Below are positions 11,739 to 24,300 of a stretch of DNA of 64,000 bases, in pieces. Under the pieces are notes generated by a model. It was not told the DNA's origin and ran no database searches. It worked only from the letters and a program-made list of their open reading frames with translations. Source of the DNA: Paragordius varius (taxonomy: Eukaryota > Animalia > Nematomorpha). Location of the stretch: assembly GCA_964247055.1 (NCBI GenBank), contig OZ176051.1:4526001-4590000 (forward strand), given 5' to 3'. The translations under genes were made by a program, and so were the position numbers. Each line of letters opens with the position of its first letter. Within the stretch, counting starts at the first letter, position 1.

Positions 11739-14700
11739 AACCACTTAATAATCCAATATTTTATTAATTATATTTTGAGCAAAAAATGCAACATATACAT
11801 ACATAGATACATATTATTTTTATTAACATGTAATATCGAATTGTGCGTTAAATATATTTGCAGAACGGAAAATAAATTAATTTACATTATTATCCAAACT
11901 ATACCTTTTGTGGATGTATTGATAATTAAAGTCAATCTCCTATACAGGATTGTGAGTCTCACAGACAACTCTACTTCTAAACCGGGAAAATATGTCATTT
12001 TATTTATTAAGTTGTTAAAGATCACGAGTGTAAGAGCGGTTTACTTTAGCATATTGCTGGTAATACTGTTCCAAAGTTGCTTTTCAGCTGGTAACTTTTT
12101 CAACATTGTATTGAGCAGTAAATGCCAGAAAATGTGCGTGTAACCAGTTAATTGGGTAATGTGATATATAATATTGGATGGTTTTGATGCTACTAAATGT
12201 TTGAATAAATTATCGACCTATCCTTTTTCAATTCTTCATCATATTATTTTAAACAACCAAAGGTATAAGTATCAGTTATTTATACACCAAATTTACTATG
12301 AATTAGCTGGGAAGCCTGGGGCATTGATCCAACTATGGAAACGATTGTAAAAAAATAATTTTATAAAAAAACTAGGTCTTTAAAATAATAACGTTCGAAT
12401 TAATCCGCATCCCCTGTAAATGCGCCACCACCTTACAATAACCTGACTATTAGAATTTTATTGAAAAACTCGGAAAACCATATTGATTAGATAATAGTTA
12501 TCTCTTTTTTTCAAGTTTAAAGGTAAAATTGTAGTTAGGCGCTTTCTTTTAATTAGCCATTGGGTAGGAGTATACACTATAAATTAACGTTCCCATATAG
12601 CACTTGGTTTTCAAACAAATTTTCGGAACACCCATGATACCATGTAGATTAGCGCTATACCCTTCGTAACATATGCCACCTTATTAAAGTAAAATGGCTT
12701 CGAGGCAACATTTTGCTTTTTTGAGAATATATATAACAATCATGGTTGTAGGAATTAGGATTGAAAGAGCAAAATTTTACCCCGTTTTTTAAATAAAAGC
12801 CAGTAGGGCCATACTTATAAAATACGCCACCGTATGAAATGATGCTTTTAGTTATTTCGCGTGTAAAGGCTAACATTTTATCATTGCTTTTTATATATAG
12901 CCTTGAGCACCTCTTATATTGAATACCGCACCATAAAAATAACGTGGTTTGAATAGAATTTTTTTGATTAAGAGCATATATAAATATAATAATCGCTTTA
13001 TTCCAATATAAAGCCATAAACTTTAGTCAAAAATTAGTTTTTTATCACCTATGGTTGAAACCCACCCTATGTCAAATACGTCACCATATAAAATTAATAT
13101 AACTGCGTATTATTTCAGTATTCGCATTGAATTAATTGCATGAATGAAAAATCACATAACATATCGTTTGCACCAATTTCTTATCCTGAGTTAATTGCTT
13201 GAAAATATTGTTATTCGATTAGGTAACTGCGACGCATGACATGGCACAACAAGTTAAAAATATCTACGAACAAAATAATATGGGGTTCGTTCTAAGGAAT
13301 TTTTTGCCAAAAAATATTTCCTGTTCCATTATCTTTTGGTGATAGGTTTTGATTTTGGTTTAATTTTTATAAATCAAAGGATAGCTTATGATACAATATA
13401 AACAAATGGCCACAAAAATCAACTAAACTACAAAATTATATTGCTGCGTTTCGGTTCTAAAACGGTTCCAAAAAAGTTGGCCACTAAATACGGTATGATC
13501 CACATTAAAATGGGAAAATGCCTTAAAAATAAAGGAAATGGGAATTTATGGACTAAATATCATAATTAAAATCTTAAATCTCAAAGTGTCTAGGCAAAAG
13601 TATCTGAGTCTGAATACAAAACATTTGTCAATCGTCGTGATGTAATTGATTTGAATATTTAGCAATTTCAACTCGTTGATTTTTTACTGTTTAACGTTAT
13701 TTAGCATAATTAATTTTATGATTGATTTATATAATTATCTCAAAATGAGTCATCATGTATAGGATTAAAGGTGTATAATCAGGAGAGTGTCTTACCTATA
13801 ATTATTTTTATGCAATGTCCTAACTAAACCAAAGGTGTATTTTATGCATTATAAAATAAAACAAATAAAAAATTGCAACAATGTCATCTCAAGTATACAT
13901 AATTATAAGTAAGTGTCTTTTTGATATTAAAAAACATAAAAGAAATTTAAAAAAATAATCCTATCTCCTTTTCGCCGTGTATGCTTTGTAGTTTTTTAAC
14001 AAAAGAATTATACATAACATAGCCTATAATTAATGGTTTATATTAATTAAAACACAGTTAATAAATAAAAAATAATGAGAATAGTCATTACACAATACAG
14101 AATTTTAATTAATTCATACTTAGGCAAATATCAAATAGTTCTTTTTGTTTGTTTTAATTTTAATAACCAAATATTAAATCAATGGACACTATTTATCTTA
14201 TTTGTAAGATCTAAAACAATATGTATAATTTAAATAAATAAATTTTATTACAATATCGTTTTTTTAAAACAAACTATAGAGTTTGAAACAATGTTTCTTT
14301 TTACATAACACCTTTAACATATTACAACACACCTTTGTCATTTCTGTGCTTTCTCTTTTATTTCATAAAATAAAAAACTAAGTGTTGAGGGCTCTTATTA
14401 ACTTTTATCCAGATATCTCTCTCCTACTACAATTGCAAACATTATCTTAATGACATTTATAATTTATAAAGGAAATTTCCTTGCTCTATCATTATATGCA
14501 TACACATAAAAACATCAACGCATTTTATTGAAAAAAATATATTTTAAAACAATAAAGGTACACACTGTATTTTTTTTGCATATTTGCATACTTTGGGCAT
14601 CGTTTTTTTATATTAACTAACTCATTTGCATTTTTTTGTCATCCATCCGTGTTACAATATTCATCCATCTTTTGCATCTACACTTGTCGCGTTATTTTAC

Positions 14701-15334
14701 TTTCAAAATTTACCCAATATTCAAAATTTTAAAATACAGAAATTATTTTAACCACAATCGTTTCCACGGCTAATTATAAAGTTCAACTTTATAGGAATTC
14801 ATTTTGTTATTAATTTTAACTTACAATATGCAAAACCTAACATATCTCAAAACAAACCACTTGTTTCACATTAATTAATTAACAATATTGTAATTGTGTT
14901 TCTCATTTCATTCATTCCCTATATAGAAATGGAAAAAATAGCTAATAAATTTTTCGCATTTATGCCTGCTTGCCACAACTTTATGTATCGTATCCCGTTG
15001 TTTTAATTTTATTCTAATGATACATAAATCATTTCTGTCTAAAAACAAAAAAAACAAAACTAGTAACTTAATGTTTCACATTAGAAATTAGAACTATTAA
15101 AATGTCCGTTTTTACCCTATTATTATTATCTATCTGCACAGAAACATAGAAGGCATATTTAATCTTTGGGGAATTTACATCTTTTACTGCAGCACGCTAA
15201 TAAAATTCAATAACCCTTCTATTTCGCATGCGCCGCATTAATTTTATTTAGTTAATTTTATTATTATCAGTTTTTTATTACAAGCATTAGATAACAACAT
15301 TGTAAATCTTTTCACAATTTCAAAATCGTGTGCT

Positions 15335-18300
15335 ATGCCGTTAATCGTTATATTATCAATATTTTTAATTTTTTATGATTCTTTCCAAACTTATACGGCT
15401 CAAACTTTCAACGATGATAAAGGTAATATTTTTTTAATCCGATTAATATTTTTATTTGTGGTATTTTGTGAATTTCATAATATTTTTTTGGTTTTGCCGA
15501 CATTTAAATTAATTTGCATATTTGAAAGTAATTGTGGATATTTACTTTTTACTAACTTTACTTAGGAAATATTGATATATTAAATAAAATCTTTTATGAG
15601 TATAGTGTTAATTAATATTGTTTAAACCAGTGCTGTTCAACACAAATGGCTTCGGGGCCGCATTTTTTGGATCGAAAAATTTGACGGGCCGAATTCGTTA
15701 AATATACGCGCATTACAAATATTTAATCAGATTATAAGAATGTAAAAACTACTATTTTTAACAATTTTAGTCAATTGCCGAAAATTGCAAAGAAAATTTG
15801 TTTAAGAAATTTTTTTAGATTAAAATTTTGTATATAATTCCTCGCGGGGTCCAGAAATATTACGGAGGTCGCATGCGCCGGGCCGCGACCCCTGTTTTAA
15901 AACAAAAACTTTTAACTTTTTCTGGTAAACTAAAATTTAAAATAAAATAAAATTTCATGATATTCGATTAATATGATATGGTTATTTAATCACAAATAAG
16001 AACCAAAAGTGAGGCCACAAGTTTTTTCACACGAGTTTTGGAACAAAAAGTTCTAATCTCCATTCAAAGATGAATTTTTCTTAATGTTTTATCATTTTTA
16101 AACTTTTGTAAATTTAATTGAGTGGGTTGTATTTTTTGAAAAAGTAGCACTAGCAATATATTTATGTTTTTGCGGTTCTTCATTCATATATTTAAAAAAT
16201 ATAAAAATATATAAAATTAAAAAATTGAAGGAAAAAAATCGAACAAAAAACAATTGAACCGGAAGCAATGTTTAGTGTTTTTTTATTGGGGATTTATATA
16301 ACTTTTTTTGATTTTGCTCATATTTAAGATTGTTAAATATATTAAAACTAAATGTATGATAGGCTCATCCTCGTTCCCTGTGGTCCTGAATCTTGCCACC
16401 GGATCTAAGATATGGACAAACTCGACATGTGGTCTTAACGGCCCAGAAACGTATTGTAAATTGATGGAACATGTTGAAAAACAACCATATGATTGGATGT
16501 AAAATTTAAACTTTCCTATTTATTAGATAATTCAAAAGATTGGGATTACACCAATCAGGTCATGTCAGTTGACCGTTTTTAAAATAATTGGTTAAAAATT
16601 TTGTACAAAAATTCTCAGGATGGAAAGTTTGCAAATCTATTAAAATTATTGTTTATTATCATCCATTTTTGGCTTAATTTTGTTAAGAATTTGCGTTTCA
16701 GGCATAAATGACACTGCCTGTATTTTAATAAGGTTTTTGGATTATAAAATATTTCTAACTCTAATCTTACCTGGAAAATAATATATCAAACATACTTTAT
16801 AGTTCAACTAAACAATGTGACGTATGTGACGATTCTTTGGAAGGGTATCGTCACCCCATTGGATACGCCATAGATGGCAGTTTTAAATGGTGGCAAAGTC
16901 CATCACTAGCTCAAGGATATCACAATAATTTTGTCGATATAGTCATTGATTTAGGACAAGTTTTTGTTAATTTATATTTGAACTCACAAAAATACCTTTT
17001 TTCGTAAAAATATCTTTGTAATAGACAAATCTTAAAATTAAAGCCAAATGTTTTTTAAACCGTATTTTTAAACCTTAATTTCACAATATAACTTATTATA
17101 TTCGTATTTGTGAATGTATTATAATTGATGGAGAAAATTTTAAGGTTTAATTGGGTATGGTTGTTTTCAAAGAACATTTGTCTTTAGTTTTACGCATTAT
17201 CTCTAATTTTTACTGTGATTTTCGTTTGTTTGAAATATCTGTAGAAATATCAAATCTTTTATTTGATTATAACGTCGGGACCATCCCCAAGACCAGGAAA
17301 TTGGATTCTAGAAAAATCTTTGGATGGAATCAACTATAATCCTTGGCAGTTTTATGCCATGTCGGGGTCTGAATGCATGCAAACCCTTCAAGATTATTAC
17401 GGTATTTTAATTTTCCTTTAAAATAAGATAAGTTATTTCTGCAATTTTTTTGCAAGATATAATAATTTTTTATAATTATTACAAAGATTATTATGACGGC
17501 TTTTTTATTTGAGTATGGTTTATATAAATGCAAAATTATCGATAAATTAATTAATTTTTATGTAAAAAAAGAAGGAACATTATAAGAAAACAAATGTCAT
17601 GTCTGAGACTCACAAAACAATGATAATTAAATGACCTTTAATTACATAACATTATGCAAGGGTATTTAAGCATCATTTAAATTACAAAAGAATGACAATA
17701 AATGAATAATATATTGATTTAGTATAGAAAATAATTTTTATCGAGTATTATCTTAAGTGACTCATTGATTTGAATTTGATGTGTGAGTAAATTTATAAAA
17801 AGAAACTCTTTGTTATTAGCCATTTGTCTTATTAATAGGTGGGCCAGCTAATGTTTTAGAACTTCAAAGAAACGGGTCTTTAGCCATCGTGACAGGATCT
17901 CATTTATTTAGATTTAAACGAGATGATCAAATTATTTGTACGACACAATACAGTGATTTAATGCCACTGGAAGATGGAGAGGTATACTTTTTTTTCTAAA
18001 ATTTTTTTTTACCGATTTATTAAAATTTATTTTTTGAAGATTAATATTTGATATTTCCAGGAGTTTTTTTTTTAATTTTTTTTCAACGATTTCATTAATT
18101 TTTTTCGCAATTTTCTTCAATTATAGATTTTTACATCTCTAATCAACGGTCGACCTGGGGTTCATGGTCCTTCACCCAGTCTAACGGTAATTTTTTTTGT
18201 ACTTTATACTATGATATATGAGTTTATAAAATCATACATTATATTAAAAAATAACGCATTATATATACATATATTTTATTATAGGAATTTACGACTACCC

Positions 18301-21300
18301 GTTTCATCCGTATGAGGTTAAGTAGAATTCGAACCCTAAACGCCGATTTTTACAGTTTTATTTCTCATCAACGTAATGACTTACCAACAATTTTGCTTCC
18401 AACTTCCGAAAATAATGAGATTTTTGCTAAATCAAATCCAATCGATTTATTGAGCGTAACTTCAAAAGACAACAATAAATTAACGTTAAATGTATCATCT
18501 TCCGATGGTTCTACCAGTTATGCTCAACTCTTTAACTATATAACTGACAAAGATCGGAGCCTTTTTTTACGACCCAAATCTAACATGGATTTTTCTTACG
18601 TTAGTTTGGATCAAACTGTGAGCCGACGGGTGCGTATATTGTCACTTTTGAATTCTAAACAAAAATTAAAACAAGAACGGTTTTTATGGAACCTTAACCT
18701 TTAGCTTATTTCTGGGACGGTTTTGAAACCAAAAAAAGTTTTAAGATGAATTCTGAAACCGTTTTGAAATTAAGGACTGTTCTTCGTTTGAAAAATGTTT
18801 TTTAATTTTTTTTTAATTTAATACAATGTTTACCCTTTTCTTATTTTAAATTATAAAAATATTTGGTTATTTAGAGAAAAGTAAAATTTAAAAAAAAATT
18901 ATGTGGCTTATCTTGCAATGTGGACAGTTATTTATAAAGTTTTCAAATAATATAATTTATTTATTTAACCGATATCAGAACCATTTCTCCAAAATACAAT
19001 TCCTTAAAATTAAAGTTGGAAATGTTTTTTTATAAAAAAATCTGCAGGACCAGAACCGATAAGACAATTTACTTAGATTCAGAACAAAGGCCGAAAAAAT
19101 TCCAGTGTTAATCCCTAATATTTAATAAAAAATCTTTTTTAACCATACATATCTTTTACATTTTTATTTTAGTACTTTTATTCTATACGTGATATATCGA
19201 TTGGTGGTCAATGCCTATGTAACGGTCATGCAAATCGATGTGTTTTCAATCCTAATACACAAGTATATATATAGTTTTTAACTTTTAAAGTTTTCTGCTT
19301 AAGCATTACAATTTCCTTTTGCTTTTGCTTAAGAAATTTTTTTAAGATTTGGTGATTTAAGCACTATTATAAAAGAAAGCAAAAATGTTTCAAATAATAC
19401 AAAAAAAGTACTAAAATAGTTTTTTACCACACCACCAATTTTTGACTATTTATTGCAACATTAATAACCAATTGTCAACATTAAATTATACAGTATGAGT
19501 AAGTATACATTGCTAGAAATATTAATTATTGCCAAATAGTATATATAACAGAGGGCAGTATTATTGGCTTATAGTTATTTTCACTTTTAGCCAATAATAC
19601 TGCCTTTGTTGTATTTACTATTTGGCAATAATTAATAACTTTCTAGCAATGTATACTTAATCATACTATATATCCAAATTACTATTCTTTATTCAAACAT
19701 TTTTAGAAAAAACAATGTCAATGTACCCATAACACGTGTGGGAAATCGTGTGAGCTATGTTGTCCAGGATATCATCAAAAACCTTGGAAATCTACCTCAA
19801 ATAATCCCAATTTCGTTTGTGAAGGTACAGTAAAATTGAATAAAGGCGAAAATTATGTACTAAAAAAGACAAATATTTTTTAGCCATACTTTTTAGTTAT
19901 CTTGGTTTTTATAAATAACGTATCTGTTTACAAATATGAATTATCATTTTTTTGCCACCCAAAAACGATAGATTATAAATAAAAAATAAAGGTTTTAAAA
20001 AATTAGGTTTTTCAAAAAATATATTTGTCTTTTATAGTTTTACCTTTTTTTTCCTTATAATTAAAATTTTAGCGAAAAATGTGATTGTAACATTTCCAAA
20101 TCTTTTGATAGATATTTTTATAAATTGTTTTTATTTTTTCACATTTTTATTAGCATGTAATTGCCATAATCACACCAATGAATGTATATACGATGTTAAT
20201 GTTGACAGAAACAATTTAAGTTTAGACATATCTGGGAAATATAGTGGTGGAGGACGTTGTATAAATTGTCAAGTAATTTCTTTTAATTAGTATTTTCTTT
20301 TGATTAGTTTTTTTGTTTTAACTGCTTTCATAGTTTCGATCAGAATTATTTAATTAATATTTTTTTGTCTAATCATTTTTTTTCTAAAATTATTTATTAC
20401 GTTCTTATTCTTTGAAATATCAAGTATTTTATTGGATTTTATTTCGGTTTCAATTGAAATTTTTTAGAGGTGAGGCATAAATATTTTTTAATTTAACTAT
20501 GTATTATCCGAAAAATTTTCATAATATTAGTATTTTCATAGCATTGTCAAATATTTTACTTAGCTCTTATGATTTTAATCCATTTTTCATGATCCTTTAT
20601 ATAAAATTGTAAAATTTAGCTTAAATTATCAATTTTTACCACTTTGAAGATTTTATTTAGTTTTTTATTGGTTCCTTTCAAAAGTTTATAAAAACTTATT
20701 TTTAATATAAATTATCCCTTTTACTTTAACTATCTCTGTAAAATTTTGCTTTTTTAATTTTTTAGCACAATACAACCGGAATAAATTGTGAAAGATGTAA
20801 GCCTGGTTTTTACAATCCAGCTAATATACCCATGAATTTTAGTAAATCATGTGTGCCTTGCGACTGTAAAGGACCAGGTGTGTTAGATGAAGACAAATGT
20901 ATAAGCTCAACAATTTTCGTACAAAATTCTGAAAATTCTGACGATTTTGCTAATCAAAATCGGGTAAAAATGGATAAAATATTGGAAAAACTCAATATTT
21001 GGGGACTCCAACATCATAATAGAGTTGGCGGAACAAGCGATCCATATAAGGTAAATAAAGCTATAATTGATAAGAAAATATAATATTTTACTTATTTAAA
21101 GTTTGATTAGTGTTGTTTTGATCAAATTTGCATTCATAAAATTTAAAGTACAAACGAAAAAAAATCTTTAGGTGTAAAAATTGTGTATCCTTTTATGGTC
21201 CTTGGTTAATTATATATTTATGGTGGAGAATATAAATTAGGCGGTTATTACCTTTTCGATAGTACTTGTATTAATAGTTATCCTTCAAATTTCATTTTAA

Positions 21301-24300
21301 ATTTTTTTATAAATTGAGTAATAAAAAGAAAGTTACAAAAACAATACTTAAATACTTAAAAACTCATTTTTTGAGATTACAATCAGTGGTTCCCTTTTCA
21401 TTCCCCCTCCACCATATTAAAAATAACAATTTTTGCACCAAGATAAAAATGTAAAATTTATTATCTATATACTTATAAAAATCCCAATCAATGAGATTCT
21501 TATTTTTACAATATCCTTGAAATATTTTTCATATCGGTGGTGACAAATTTTGATAATTTGCACCTGAAATCTTTTAATTTGTTTCTCGTTTTATTTTTTA
21601 ATTATATTCTCCTAATTTTTTGCGTCCCCCTTGGGGGGCGTTGCCCACCGGTTGGTAACCACTGACTTGAGATCGCCAACTAAAAATATATAAAATATTT
21701 CTTTTTTTTTCAGAATTCAAAACGATAGGTTATATTAAAATCAATCAAGGTTTAAAGGATATTACTGTCCTGGCAAAAAAGTATAAAACTACTTAATTAC
21801 AGTCATGTATCCTTTATTTTATCAAAAATTTGTTTTCTTTCGTTAAACGGGTATAAATATTTGATGGTATTAACATATTATCATCTAAAAAGTATAAAAA
21901 TTACCATAGAGCTCTTGTTTTTTCATTCTTTACCAAATATTTATACCATTTAACAAAAAAAATAAATTTTTGATAAAATAAAGGATACATGACTGTATTA
22001 TAAAGACAAACAAAAGAACCTAAAACATCAATTTTTTCAAGAAAATAATATTTTGTGAAATAAGGACTATTTTATTAATAATTTTTATCCATATTTCGCA
22101 ACCCAGAACGATAGGTTAACTAATCAAGGTTAATATTATTTTGTTTTTATAAATTTTTTATCTTTATTCATGTTTTTCATTCATTCTTTATAGAATCTAC
22201 AAACTTCTGCAAAAGCAACTCCAGGATCTTGCTATTGTAAACCAAACTATGCCGGGCCAAAATGTGATCGGTGTGCGGTTGGTTTTCGAAATTTTCCAAA
22301 ATGTAGCCCCTGTCCTTGTTATGTACCTGGAATGTTAGATCCCACCGATTGTGAAGAATATAATATTGATAATAATAGCTACGAAAATGAAAACTCAAAA
22401 AACTCTTTTATTTACATTAATGAGGGAAAGGGCAAAAAGCAATGTAAATGTAAAGTAGGTAGCTATCATTATTTTAATTTGGATTTGATTGGTTTTTGTT
22501 GTTAGTGTTAATATATATTAATTAATTTGTTTTCTTTTTCTTATGTTTGACAAGATTTTACTCGTAGTCGTAGGTTTTAAGCCAAATTTACATAATTTCT
22601 ATGTATTTTAATAACATACCCATATTTTAATTATACTTTCTCTAATTACACTTATAGCCAAAAAATAGACATTTAGGATCAAAATATATATATAACATTT
22701 TATCAATAAAATTTGTAGAAAAATGTGAGGGGAAAATATTGCGAAAAATGTGCCGAAGGATTTTACAATTTACAACGTAATAATCCGAACGGATGCAGTA
22801 AATGTTTTTGTTTTGGTCTCTCCAAAAAATGCGAGGCTCAATATGCCATTATTCATAAAGTACTTACTTACTTACTTACTTATTTACATTTATTTAAGTA
22901 CACAACAAATAACTGTATTGATTAATAAAGATGTTTATTGTGCCCGTAAAATTCGTTATTTTTAGTTTTTGCTTTATTATAAAATAATAAGCTGGTTGGT
23001 TGTTTTCATCGCATATTTAGTTATTACTGTATAATATTACGCGAAATAATTAGTTTTATTAACATCACTGTCATAAATTAAACTATTTCTTTTTTTTTGG
23101 ATTATCATAAATATAAATAATATTTATAAAAAGATTATGTACATGCGAAGTTGGTCAATTACAAATTTTATGAAAGGTGACTTCAATATTCCCATACCTT
23201 CCATGGAAAAAGTTAATCATGAACCCTGGCAAGGGACATTAACATTGGCCGATCATCAACTTTACAGCATACTTGAAAGCCACCAAAAAAGTATTTAATT
23301 GATTATATTTTTTGCTTAAATTAACAAATTATTAATACTAATTGTCAATTTTATATATATATATATATATATATATCAGAAATGCCTTCAAAAGTTAAGC
23401 CAAACTTAGCCCAATTTTATTGGTCGGCCCCGTATCACAAATATCTTGCCAATCAAAGATTGTATTACAGTCTTAATCTTAAACTAACATTTGAAGTTAC
23501 TTACTACCTCAAATCAAATTATTCCACAAATATTAAGGGCGGCACAAATTTTGATGCAAATTACCCGCTAATTATGATTGAAGGTCTTAACGGAAACTTA
23601 ATGGGTTTTTGGGAATCAGACTCTAAAACGCTGCCCGATAACCAAAATTATGAAACATTCAAAAGGATTGGACCAAATAATTTAATGGTCATATCTACCA
23701 AAATTACTGTCCCATTCGATTATAAAAATTGGCGCCTAATCAAAATTACTAAAGGTAATTTCCTCTAATAAATTCATTTAATATTTTGATTTCCATATAA
23801 GGTTGTAGTTATATAAATATTCACACCAATAAATGTAGTAAATTATGAGAGGGGACATGAGGACTATGTATAAAGAAAGTTAATCCGTATAAACCAAATA
23901 TTGTAATATGTAGCAAATGACGAGCAATCATATTTAAAAAATGTCCCTATAAAAAGAGACCATATTAAAATATGATATTTAATTTATGGGTTGACAAAAT
24001 AAGAACAATCTATGTAAATTGTTACCAAACTATATTATGTATTTCATTCACAATTATATAGGGTTATATACGGCCGTCTTTATCAAAAAAAACATTACAT
24101 TTGTCTTTTAGTTTTAACTATATGTCTGTTATATAATTGTTAATTGTAACTATATATTAGCAAATATAATCGGAAAGAAAAAGTTGTCTTTTAAAACTTT
24201 TGCATCTATCCTGGTTGGAGCACGTAAGCTCCTTATTCGAAGTCAACACAATGAAGGACAAAGTGTCGTTTATATGCAAAACTTTGCCTTATATTTTGCT

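Noticed and set aside
12000-12660. The frame continuing the 120-aa minus ORF looked readable if TAA/TAG encoded Gln (alternative genetic code or readthrough)
   Set aside because: About 21 stops in about 220 codons is what random AT-rich DNA gives, TGA also occurs, and Akt, the serpin and laminin all use TAA/TAG as normal stops.
14300-14700. Cys/Lys-rich minus-strand fragments suggestive of a piggyBac C-terminal domain
   Set aside because: No coherent frame, catalytic motif or termini could be reconstructed.
16499-16526. Apparent 28-nt micro-intron in laminin
   Set aside because: Splicing it creates ATA-TAA (an immediate stop), so it cannot be counted as a laminin micro-intron.
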